Positions 9,970 to 18,641 of a stretch of DNA of 30,350 nucleotides are shown here, piece after piece (position 1 is the stretch's first letter; each line of letters begins with the position of its first letter). The notes under the pieces are model-generated. The model saw nothing but the letters and a program-made list of their open reading frames with translations, was not told the origin of the DNA and did not search any database. Position numbers and translations under genes: made by a program. Source of the stretch: Candidatus Bathyarchaeota archaeon (GTDB lineage Archaea; Thermoproteota; Bathyarchaeia; Bathyarchaeales; Bathycorpusculaceae); assembly GCA_963775895.1 (NCBI GenBank), contig CAVZKL010000025.1, forward strand, positions 1 through 30,350, written 5' to 3'.

Positions 9970-10517
9970 ATGGCAATAGCCGAACCTTGGCAGAAAGCAG
10001 AGATCCCAGGACCAAAGCGTGCCATGGTAGTGACAAAACCAGAGGTAATCGCGGCCATGGCAAGACGCGCGAAGCACCCCATTCTGATCGTCGGGCATTT
10101 GGCTGCGGAAACCAGTCTGGAACGAAAGAAACTGATCGACTACCTGATTCAATTTGCGGAAAAAGGGCGAATTCCCGTTGTTGCGACGGCACAGACGGTG
10201 AAAGAGTTTCTGAAGAGGAAATTCAAACCGGCAGGGTCAATGCCAGCGGTGGACATAGGAAACCGACTAGCGGACCCAAAGTGGATGGGAATTGATGGGA
10301 AGGGCCCACATGATTTGGCATTTTTTGCTGGGCTTCCGTACTACATGGAATGGACAATCCTCTCAGGCCTTAAGCATTATGCTCTCAACCTCAAAACAAT
10401 CACGCTGGATAATTTTTATCATCCTCACGCCAGTTGGTCTTTCGCAAACATCTCCGAGAAAGACTTGCCGAAAACCTCAAAGTCATAATCGAACAACTTG
10501 AAAGTGGAGAGAAATAG
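9970..10517 (+). CDS. cdhB: ACDS complex epsilon subunit; frameshift near 10466, probable true stop at 10517
   Basis: RAKHPILIVG, WMGIDGKGPHDL, LSGLKHY and HPHASWSFAN. The alternative frame ends AENLKVIIEQLESGEK*, 3 bp before cdhC. Confidence 0.92.
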
Positions 10518-10520
10518 CAG

Positions 10521-11933
10521 ATGTCAGCATTCAAAGACATACCAGTCGACGTAGGCGTCATCTACGAGGGCCAGAGAATCCGCAGGAACGACATGCAAAT
10601 CGAACTGGGCGGGCCGGACATAAAAGAGAAATTCGAACTCGCAATAGTGAGAAAATCGGAACAGGTCGAAGATGGAAAAGTAACGATCATAGGACCAGAC
10701 ATGAAAGACATGGAACAGGGGAAGAGCTACCCGTTAGGCATTCTCATAGAAGTGTCGGGTCCAACGCTCGAACCGGAGCTTGAAGGAGTCGTTGAAAGAC
10801 GAATACACTCCTACTCAAACTTCATCGAAGGATTCATGCATCTTAACCAGCGCTACGACATCTGGCTGCGACTGAGCAAGAAAGCGTTCCAGAAAGGCTT
10901 GAACTCTTTCGAATACGTTGGAAAGGTGCTGCAGAGACTCTTCAAAAGTGAGTTGCCCATAATTCACAAAATGCAGATAACCTTCATTACCGACCCTCAG
11001 AAAGTGAAGGAGCTTCACAGCGAAGCGATGCGCATTTACGACGCAAGGGATGCCCGAGCAAGAGGTCTCAAAGATGAAGAAGTTGACAAGTTTTATGGTT
11101 GTGCACTGTGTCAGTCCTTCGCTCCAACACATGTCTGTGTTATCACTCCTCAACGTTACTCAAACTGTGGAGCGATAAGCTGGTTTGACTGCAGAGCAGC
11201 GGCAAACGTCGATCCGAAAGGACCCGTCTTCGCAATAGAGAAAGGGCAGCAGATCGACTCAATTAAGGGAGAATACACCGGCGTCAACGAGGCTGTGAAG
11301 AAAAAATCGCTGGGCGAAGTTACGAAAGTGGAGCTTTACACGGCCTTCGGTCATCCTCACACGTCATGCGGCTGCTTTGAGGGTGTGGCCTTCTTCATAC
11401 CAGAGGTTGAAGGGTTTGGCATAGTGAATCGAGCTTACAAGGACGTGACCGTCAACGGTTTGGCTTTCTCAACTCTCGCCGACTCAACAGCGGGTGGGCG
11501 ACAAATAGACGGTTTCCACGGAATATCGATCGAATACATGCGTTCCCCCAAGTTTCTGCAGGCTGATGGCGGCTGGAAGCGGGTGGTATGGATGCCCAAA
11601 GAAGTGAAGGAAAGGGTGAAGACCTACATTCCTGCTGAAGTCGTCAACAAGATAGCAACTGAAGAAAATGCGAAAACAATCGATGAACTGAAAAGTTTTC
11701 TCAAGGAACAGGATCACCCAGTGGTGGCAAACTGGAAGGTGGAAGAAGCAACCGCTGAGGCGGGCGCACCGACTGAGTCCGCAGAGGAGATGCCACCCAT
11801 GCCTGTCGCAACGGTGTCAACGCTGCCCATAACAGCGGGCGGATACAAGATCATTCTCAAGGACGCAAAGATTTACGCCAAGAAAGTCATTATTCGCGCA
11901 ACTAAAGGCGAAAAAGGTGAAAAACATGGCTGA
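10521..11933 (+). CDS. cdhC: ACDS complex beta subunit (acetyl-CoA synthase)
   Basis: YEGQRIR, ERRIH, HLNQR, FYGCALCQSFAPTHVC, CGAISW and PHTSCGCFE A-cluster motifs. Confidence 0.97.
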   Translation: MSAFKDIPVDVGVIYEGQRIRRNDMQIELGGPDIKEKFELAIVRKSEQVEDGKVTIIGPDMKDMEQGKSYPLGILIEVSGPTLEPELEGVVERRIHSYSNFIEGFMHLNQRYDIWLRLSKKAFQKGLNSFEYVGKVLQRLFKSELPIIHKMQITFITDPQKVKELHSEAMRIYDARDARARGLKDEEVDKFYGCALCQSFAPTHVCVITPQRYSNCGAISWFDCRAAANVDPKGPVFAIEKGQQIDSIKGEYTGVNEAVKKKSLGEVTKVELYTAFGHPHTSCGCFEGVAFFIPEVEGFGIVNRAYKDVTVNGLAFSTLADSTAGGRQIDGFHGISIEYMRSPKFLQADGGWKRVVWMPKEVKERVKTYIPAEVVNKIATEENAKTIDELKSFLKEQDHPVVANWKVEEATAEAGAPTESAEEMPPMPVATVSTLPITAGGYKIILKDAKIYAKKVIIRATKGEKGEKHG

Positions 11934-13146
11934 AAAGGAAAAACAGGATAAAACCAAAGGATTGAAACTTAACCCAAGCCTGTGGGAACTCCTCGCGAAA
12001 ATGCAGGAGATAGAGCTTGAAGACTTTGAGATGAACGTCGGTGACCTAGAGATCTGGCTTCAACCGGGCGCAGTTGCCACGCCCGTGACAGCCATTCCAA
12101 AAGCGGTGAGGCCAGTGAAGGGCAAGCCTACAGCGATCCTGGATGCAGACTTCATGCCACCCGTCGAAACCTATCCAGGGAAGATTGTCGAAGTGAAGCT
12201 TGGAGCAACGAAAGGTGAAGGTGGAAGCCGAGGTAGGAGCTTCATCGTTGGGGGAGAGACAAGTCCGGCGTTCTACACTTTTGAAAGACCAGTCTTGCAT
12301 CCTCCGGTTGTAACGCTCGACGTTTTTGACATGGAAGTCCCCCTTGCGAAAGCCGTTAAAATGCACGTCAAAGAAGTGATGGGAGACCCCGCAGCGTGGG
12401 CGAAACTTGCTGTCGAAAAGTTCGACGCTGACATGATAACCATCCATCTGATCACAATAGACCCGCTTGTCAAGGACGCCTCGCCTAAAGAAGCCGTCAA
12501 AACCGTTGAAAGAGTCGCCCAAGCCGTTGACGTGCCGCTCGTCATCGGTGGATGTGGAGACCCCAAAAAAGACATGGCAGTATTCACAGAGATAGCTGAG
12601 ACCTTTGCCGGAGAGAGATTCCTCATGAGCTCAGTGACACGAGACATGGACGTTGAAAAATGTGCAAAACTCATCAAGAAAAACAATCATGTTGCCTTAT
12701 CATTCACTCCGATGGATCTTAACCTTGCAAGAGAGCTTAATCGCCGATTGTACGATTTCATGCCGAAAGAAAGCATAGTGATGGACCTTACAACAGCCGC
12801 GTTGGGTTACGGGCTTGACTACGCTTTTACCAATATGGAAAGGGCCAGACTCAGCGGGTTGATGGGAGACCCAGAACTGGCCCACCCAATGTCCTCAGGC
12901 ACGACAAACGCTTGGGCCGCAAGAGAAGCATGGCTGAAAATGGCTCCCGAATTTGAACCCAGAGAACTCAGGGGCCCATTGTGGGAAGTGTGCACAGCAC
13001 TGACTCTTCTGCTCGCTGGCGTTGATCTGTTCATGATGATGCATCCCGCAGCGGTGAAAACTCTGAAAGACGTAACTAAGCAGCTCATCAGCGGCGGCAA
13101 AGGCGACCCAGATAAGCTGGCCAATTGGGTGTCAGCAAAAATCTGA
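11926..13146 (+). CDS. cdhD: ACDS complex delta subunit (corrinoid Fe-S protein small subunit)
   Basis: EVKLGATKGEGGSR, VPLVIGGCGDPKKD, TAALGYGLDY, NAWAAREAW, RGPLWE and MMHP. Confidence 0.96.
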   Translation: MAEKEKQDKTKGLKLNPSLWELLAKMQEIELEDFEMNVGDLEIWLQPGAVATPVTAIPKAVRPVKGKPTAILDADFMPPVETYPGKIVEVKLGATKGEGGSRGRSFIVGGETSPAFYTFERPVLHPPVVTLDVFDMEVPLAKAVKMHVKEVMGDPAAWAKLAVEKFDADMITIHLITIDPLVKDASPKEAVKTVERVAQAVDVPLVIGGCGDPKKDMAVFTEIAETFAGERFLMSSVTRDMDVEKCAKLIKKNNHVALSFTPMDLNLARELNRRLYDFMPKESIVMDLTTAALGYGLDYAFTNMERARLSGLMGDPELAHPMSSGTTNAWAAREAWLKMAPEFEPRELRGPLWEVCTALTLLLAGVDLFMMMHPAAVKTLKDVTKQLISGGKGDPDKLANWVSAKI

Positions 13147-13163
13147 GACCGGAGTGAACTTGA

Positions 13164-14604
13164 ATGAGTGAAAGAGAAATCAAAGGGAAAGGCAGTGTAA
13201 GAGAACTGAGCCCCATAGAAGTCTACAAGCTCCTCCCGAAAACGAACTGCAAAGAGTGCGGCGAAGAGAACTGCATGGCCTTCGCCACAAGACTGGTCAA
13301 TCGTGAAGTGACCATTCAGAAATGCAAGCCGATCTTCACCAAAGAATACGAAAAAGCTTACGCGCAACTCGAAGACATGCTGAAGCCTCCCGTAAAAGAA
13401 GTTGCCATTGGCACGGAGGGCAAGGGTCTAAAGATCGGCGGAAAACTCGTCATGTACCGCCACGAATTCACTTATTCAAATCCAACAGCAATCGCAATAG
13501 ACGTCACCGACGAAATGTCAGAGGACGAAATCCTGAGCAGAGTGAAGAAAACCTCTGGCTTCACCTTCGAGTACATTGGGCAAACGCTGAAACTGGACAT
13601 GGTCGCAGTCCGCTCCACGTCAAACGACCCCGACAAATTCAAAGCAGTCGGTGAAAAAAGTCGCTGAAAACACGGAACTACCTTTGATACTATGTTCTTT
13701 GCAGCCAAACGTGTTAGAATCGGGACTCATGGCGATTCCAAAATCAAGACCACTTCTGTACGCGGCAACCAAGGACAACTGGAAAGAAATGGCAGAACTT
13801 GCCCTGATGTACAATTGTCCACTGACGATTTCTGCACCAGGTGACCTTAAACTGCTGAAATCCTTAGCGAAGACGCTTTTGGAGTACGGAGTTCAAGACC
13901 TCGTCTTAGATCCTGGAACGTTTCCAGACGAAGGCTTGGCCGACACGTTGAATAATTTCACGATGATCCGTAGAGCTGCATGCAAAAAAGGCGATGAGCT
14001 CTGCGGTTTTCCATTGCTGGGCGTTCCCATGATGGCATGGATACAAAAAGGTGAAGTCTCACAAGAGATCGCAAATTGGAGAGAGGCCTATCTAGCATCG
14101 ATGCTGATCGTCAGATACGCAGACGTTCTAATACTCCACAGCGTGGACGGCTGGTCTCTACTGCCGAACGTAGTATTGAGGCAAAACATCTACACGGATC
14201 CAAGAAAACCAGTCGCCGTCGCTCCAGGCTTGAAGACATTTGGAACTCTTGACGAAAACACACCAGTGATGTTCACGACCAACTTTGCGTTGACATACTA
14301 CACCGTGGCGAATGACATCGAGTCATCAGGGACAAGCGCCTACCTGCTCGTCGTAGACACCGAAGGCATAGCCGTGGACAGTGCAGTTGCGGGAAGAAAA
14401 CTGACAGCCGAAAAAGTTGCAGAGGCTCTGAAATCCTCTGGCATAGAAGGAAAGGTCAAACACAGAAAACTCCTGATCCCTGGAAAAGCAGCGCGGATAA
14501 GCGGGGAAATCGAAGAACTCAGCGGTTGGCAGGTGCTGGTTGGGCCTCGCGATTCATCGGAGATTCCGAAGTTCCTGAAAGAAAAATGGCAGCAGACAGC
14601 CTAA
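13164..14604 (+). CDS. cdhE: ACDS complex gamma subunit (corrinoid Fe-S protein large subunit); one extra base near 13650
   Basis: LLPKTNCKECGEENCMAFA..C in ORF 13164-13667. Removing one g gives FKAVVKKVAE into ORF 13651-14604 (IYTDPRKP, TTNFALTYY, VGPRDSS). Confidence 0.95.
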
Positions 14605-15092
14605 TTCTTCTTTTTTTGCCGCTCGGACTTTTTCGGCATTTTTGGCGTGGTGTCGAGGGCTTCACGGATGCTTTGAATTCGTTCAACCCGTTTCTTAGTG
14701 TTGATGTTGTTCTGAAGCAGCAGGACCTCTCTTGGTCTGCTGAAACGTTCAACCTCGCCGTTCTCCCTTTTCCTCACCATTTCTATGCAATCGTCAACGA
14801 TGCAGTTTAGGACACATGCGCCACAATAGACGCAGAGTTCTTCAGTAATTCCCAGCTCTCCCGCCTTCCAAAACAAAGCCTTCGTGGGACACGTCTTCAC
14901 GCAGAGATTGCAATCAATTCCCCTACAAGTCCTTTTGTTAATCCTGATATTCCCTTCAACAAAGAACTCCTTTATGCGCAGCGGAGCCAGCAGCTCTTCT
15001 CTTCTTTTCGCTTTTTCCAGTTCAGCGGTATCCGTCATGTCTTGAAAAATGTCAATGCTCGAAGGCTTGCTGGGCTTGCTTTGATTTGGCAT
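14601..15092 (-). CDS. 4Fe-4S dicluster (ferredoxin-like) protein with charged N- and C-terminal extensions
   Basis: CRGIDCNLCVKTCP and CVYCGACVLNC motifs; its stop overlaps the cdhE stop convergently. Confidence 0.8.
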   Translation of the reverse strand: MPNQSKPSKPSSIDIFQDMTDTAELEKAKRREELLAPLRIKEFFVEGNIRINKRTCRGIDCNLCVKTCPTKALFWKAGELGITEELCVYCGACVLNCIVDDCIEMVRKRENGEVERFSRPREVLLLQNNINTKKRVERIQSIREALDTTPKMPKKSERQKKKN

Positions 15093-15296
15093 TTAATTCA
15101 TCTTTCGATCGAGCATCCTTTTGAATTGTGTGGTCTTGGAATTATAATTACTTATCCTGAACGCATTGCAGAAAGACAAGGTCGAAGAACACATCAGCGT
15201 TGAAGGAGAGAATTGCTGGAGCATCGTAAGATACTTCAAGAGGAAGTTTATTACTGGGTCAGTATTCTCGTTTAACGATCGAGGTGATCCAGAAAA

Positions 15297-15476
15297 ATGT
15301 GTGAATTTACTGTTATCCTCAACGGGAAAGCTGTTTTCAAAGACGTGGTGTTCGCAAGAGTGGAACGTGGCAAAGTTGTTGTCAGGGACGTGCTTGGAGA
15401 ATCTAAAGAGTTCAAAGACTGCAACATCACAGAGGTCGACGTAAACTCGACGCGTTTGGTCTTATCAAGCCAATAA
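15297..15476 (+). CDS. cooT: CooT family nickel-binding chaperone (59 aa; absent from the ORF track)
   Basis: Manual translation: MCEFTVILNGKAVFKDVVFARVERGKVVVRDVLGESKEFKDCNITEVDVNSTRLVLSSQ*. It has the Met-Cys start, D(V/I)LGE and EVD patterns, SD GAGGTGA at 15281-15287, and lies near the cdh operon. Confidence 0.88.
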   Translation: MCEFTVILNGKAVFKDVVFARVERGKVVVRDVLGESKEFKDCNITEVDVNSTRLVLSSQ

Positions 15477-15505
15477 CCAAAATGTGTCCAGCCACTGTGT
15501 GCCAG

Positions 15506-17128
15506 CTATTTTCTGACTCCGCTTTTTTCAATCATCTTGGGCAAGACCGATTCGAAACCAACTGCCATCAAGTGCAGTCCTGCCGCATTCGTCGCCTTGT
15601 GAACATCATGAATCAAAGTAGCGAACGACTCGATGTTTTCTTCCAAGAACGCTTCCTTGCCCTTCTCCCTTGCTTTGCGTAGACGCTGTTCCAGTTCTGG
15701 CGGAACTTTGATTCCGGGAACAAACTTTATCATCCAGTCCATCATGGCCAACGATTTGAAAGGCGCTATGCCCAACAAAACCGGTGTTTTCAAGTAGGAC
15801 ACTGCGCTCATGAAACCTTCAGCCTGTTCCACGCTGTAGACGCATTGAGTCTGTATGAAATCCACTCCGAGCTTAACTTTTCTTTCAATCTTCAGGATTT
15901 CAGGTTCCAACGGGTCAGCATTGACTGAGGCACCGATTCCGATGTTGAATTTGGGCGCGTGTTCTATCTTGTTCCCGTTAAGGTCCACACCCTGGTCAAT
16001 CACTTTTCTCAGCATGTAAACCAACGTTGCAGAGTCCAAGTCAAAGACGGGCTTGGCCTGGGGCGCGTCACCAACAGTCGTGTAATCACCCGTTAAGGCA
16101 AGAATGTTCTTTATTCCAAGATTGCCCGCGGCCAACGCGTCGGAAAGCAGCGCCAAACGGTTTCTATCTCTTGTAGTCACTTGGAAGACAGCCTCGACCC
16201 CGGATTCTCTCTGCATTATGTACGAAGAGACAAGTCCATTGAAAAACCCGAACGACGTGGGGTTGTCCGTTACGTTGATTGCTGTGACATGTCCTTTCAG
16301 GATCTTCGCGCTTTCGATGACCTCATGCAGGTCGGTGGTTTTCATCGGCTCAAGCTCGCCCGTGAACACGAATTTTCCTTCTTGGATTTGTCTCATCAAT
16401 TCGCCGTAGGCTTCCCGTTTCACGTCAGCCTGAGCTTCAATCTCCTTCTCCGTTTTGGGTTTACTCTCGGCCAGTGCAACCATGTCCAGATTTCGCGGGT
16501 GTTCCGAGATTCTGTAATCGTGAGGTACCCTGAACTTTCTGAACAGGTCAAGTCTGTCTTTCTCTTTAAGACGGTTGTAGATCAAAACCCACGCACAATC
16601 ATTCTTCCAGCCACCTGCCTCACACTTTCCCTTCACTTGTCCACCGCACGGTCCGTTGAGAAGACTCTTGGCACACCGCGTTATAGGACAAATCCCGCCC
16701 GTCTCTCCGAGAAGACACTCTCCGCACGCTCTGCACTTTTCATGCATCGCGCCGTTTTCACGATCCTGTGACCCCAGAAAAACTGTGTCTTGAGCGGGAT
16801 AGACTGGAGTGTTGGGGAAGACTTCTGCAAGCGTCTGAACGCCCACGCCGCAAGACATAGATAAAACAGCGTCCACGTCTTGAAGTTGCTGTCCGAGCGC
16901 CGCATTGACTTCATAATTATCACATTGCTTTCCCATCGTTGTCGGCTTGCACACGAACTCCTTGTTCTGGAGTTTTCCACCCATTTCAACGAGCATGGCA
17001 AAAGTCTTGGCTTCCCTCAAGCCTCTTGGAGGAGTGGTGCAGCCGTCACACCCTACCACCAGAATCCTCTTGTGTGGAGCCAGAAGATGCAATATTTCTT
17101 CCAAGGGTTTTTCTTTCGTCATTATCAT
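15506..17128 (-). CDS. metF: Fused MetV-MetF methylene-tetrahydrofolate(-like pterin) reductase
   Basis: N-terminal MetV motifs: VGCDGC, QCD, SCGVG, CRACGEC..TGGICPITRCAKSLLNGPCGG..CE..CAW. C-terminal MetF motifs: GELEP, INVTDNP, RDRNRLAL, LALTGD, FIQTQ, GLHLM. Confidence 0.92.
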   Translation of the reverse strand: MIMTKEKPLEEILHLLAPHKRILVVGCDGCTTPPRGLREAKTFAMLVEMGGKLQNKEFVCKPTTMGKQCDNYEVNAALGQQLQDVDAVLSMSCGVGVQTLAEVFPNTPVYPAQDTVFLGSQDRENGAMHEKCRACGECLLGETGGICPITRCAKSLLNGPCGGQVKGKCEAGGWKNDCAWVLIYNRLKEKDRLDLFRKFRVPHDYRISEHPRNLDMVALAESKPKTEKEIEAQADVKREAYGELMRQIQEGKFVFTGELEPMKTTDLHEVIESAKILKGHVTAINVTDNPTSFGFFNGLVSSYIMQRESGVEAVFQVTTRDRNRLALLSDALAAGNLGIKNILALTGDYTTVGDAPQAKPVFDLDSATLVYMLRKVIDQGVDLNGNKIEHAPKFNIGIGASVNADPLEPEILKIERKVKLGVDFIQTQCVYSVEQAEGFMSAVSYLKTPVLLGIAPFKSLAMMDWMIKFVPGIKVPPELEQRLRKAREKGKEAFLEENIESFATLIHDVHKATNAAGLHLMAVGFESVLPKMIEKSGVRK

Positions 17129-17129
17129 T

Positions 17130-18368
17130 TCAAACAACTTCCTTTTTGTGCAATTCGTCTATTTTTTCTATGAACTTCCTAATGTGGTCGTCGAGGTCGC
17201 CGACGTTCTTGGGGGACACGAAACACATCTCAACCCTTTCTTCGAGTTTGACTTGGGCGAGAAGGTTCTTGAGCGATGTCACATGTTCCTCAGCTCTCTC
17301 GTTTCCATCTTCCAGTTTGCACTCGCCTTTCTTGCAAGCCGTAATGAGAACTCCGTCGAAGCCCTGACGCAATGCTTCCAACACGTGCAACGTATCAGCT
17401 CTGCCTGCGCAAGGAATCCCTGCGAACACGACGTTTTCCATGGTGCCATTCCCGTATGCGTCGAGATCTGAGAACTCGCTCCATTGGCAGGACAGAACAA
17501 GTATCACAGGTTTCTTCGTTTCTCGCTTCATCCTCGGCATTGATGAGCCGTAGTCGCGAATTGCTTCCGAAATCGTTTCGTACTCAAAACCGTCCAGTTT
17601 CACGGCCAGTGCCGGACACACTGCGACGCAGTCTCCACAGCCTGTGCATGCAATCGGATCAAGTTGGGGAACCTTCGAAGTCCCCATCGTTATCGCATCA
17701 TACGGGCAGATGTAGTTACAGTTTCCACATCCAACGCATTTGTTGCTGTCAATCTGCGCTTTGTTCGACCGCTTCGTTATGGTCAGAGTGTCAGGTTTGA
17801 AACCAAGCTGGGTCAACAAAGTCTGGGTCAGCAAGAGCCTGCGCGTGTCAATCCTGCTTCCTTCTTTGAATCGGCAGTACTTGTCTTCGCAAGGCATGAC
17901 GATCACTTTCTTTGTCTTCGATGCGAGCGCTTTGAGAATGAGTTCAGAAGGGACACGGCCGACGCAGGGCAAGCTTATTGAAATGAAATTGTCTGCCTTA
18001 AACTTTGCCAGCTCCTTCATTCTTTGGTTTTGAAAGGGGCTACTCCCGCGGCAGGTGAGCATAAGTTTGTCCGAGTTTTGTTCAGTCATTCTCTTGTTAA
18101 TGTAGCCTATCAGCGAATCAACGTTGTAGTAGATCGTGTCTATGGCCGAAGCTGGGCATGCACTTGAGCAGATACCACAAACCTGACACTTTTCCATGTT
18201 TAGCCTTACTTCTCCGGTCTTTTCTTCGACGGCGATAGCGTCGTAGGGACAGATAGAAGGACAGACAAGGCATCTGCTACAGCGGGTCTGATCTATTTTC
18301 ACGCTGTCTTCAGTCTTCGGTTCTACAATGACCTGCTCATTCATTTCAATTCTCTCAGAGTCTGTCAT
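17130..18368 (-). CDS. Tandem (2x[4Fe-4S] ferredoxin + MvhD/FlpD-like [2Fe-2S]) x2 protein
   Basis: Four CxxCxxCxxxCP motifs in two pairs. Each pair is followed by an MvhD-like domain (TCRGS..LPCVGRV..PCEDKYC..EGS; SCQWS..IPCAGR..GFDGVLITACKKGEC..GN). Its stop abuts the metVF start. Confidence 0.85.
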   Translation of the reverse strand: MTDSERIEMNEQVIVEPKTEDSVKIDQTRCSRCLVCPSICPYDAIAVEEKTGEVRLNMEKCQVCGICSSACPASAIDTIYYNVDSLIGYINKRMTEQNSDKLMLTCRGSSPFQNQRMKELAKFKADNFISISLPCVGRVPSELILKALASKTKKVIVMPCEDKYCRFKEGSRIDTRRLLLTQTLLTQLGFKPDTLTITKRSNKAQIDSNKCVGCGNCNYICPYDAITMGTSKVPQLDPIACTGCGDCVAVCPALAVKLDGFEYETISEAIRDYGSSMPRMKRETKKPVILVLSCQWSEFSDLDAYGNGTMENVVFAGIPCAGRADTLHVLEALRQGFDGVLITACKKGECKLEDGNERAEEHVTSLKNLLAQVKLEERVEMCFVSPKNVGDLDDHIRKFIEKIDELHKKEVV

Positions 18369-18570
18369 GGCAGACTGACAGCGCCAGTATTCTGGCGGCT
18401 AAATGTATCGCTTGTTTTGAAGCCTATAGAAAGATGATGTTCCCAAATAAAGATTACCCGCGGGTTATGCAGCTATCATCCATCGAATCGCCCTTGACGT
18501 TCAGACGGATGACCCGTCTGGTCGTCCATCAGACTTGAGAAATCATAAGCTGAAACAGTGAAAAGATTGG

Positions 18571-18592
18571 GTCAGCCAGCTGTCAGCCAGCT
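18571..18592. repeat. 11-bp perfect tandem repeat (gtcagccagct x2)
   Basis: Read directly from the sequence, just upstream of the putative frhB-like TATA box. Confidence 0.85.
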
Positions 18593-18598
18593 GATCTG

Positions 18599-18611
18599 TA
18601 AAGCTTAAATT
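18599..18611 (+). promoter_or_regulatory. Putative BRE/TATA of the frhB-like gene
   Basis: taaagcTTAAATt about 32 bp upstream of ATG 18642. Confidence 0.45.
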
Positions 18612-18641
18612 CGGGCCCCTTAAGGTAGAGGTTGATCTTTC

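Noticed and set aside
13164-14604. cdhE as two genuine genes or a programmed frameshift (an A6 run is nearby)
   Set aside because: A single extra G restores a normal-length CdhE, and similar breaks occur across unrelated genes in the window.
15166-15444. 92-aa ORF from the track
   Set aside because: No recognisable motifs; it is a shadow of the cooT gene in another frame.
16104-18033. Several long plus-strand ORFs antisense to metVF and the Fd-MvhD gene (and similar ones elsewhere)
   Set aside because: They are antisense shadows of well-supported genes, with no motifs or SD support.
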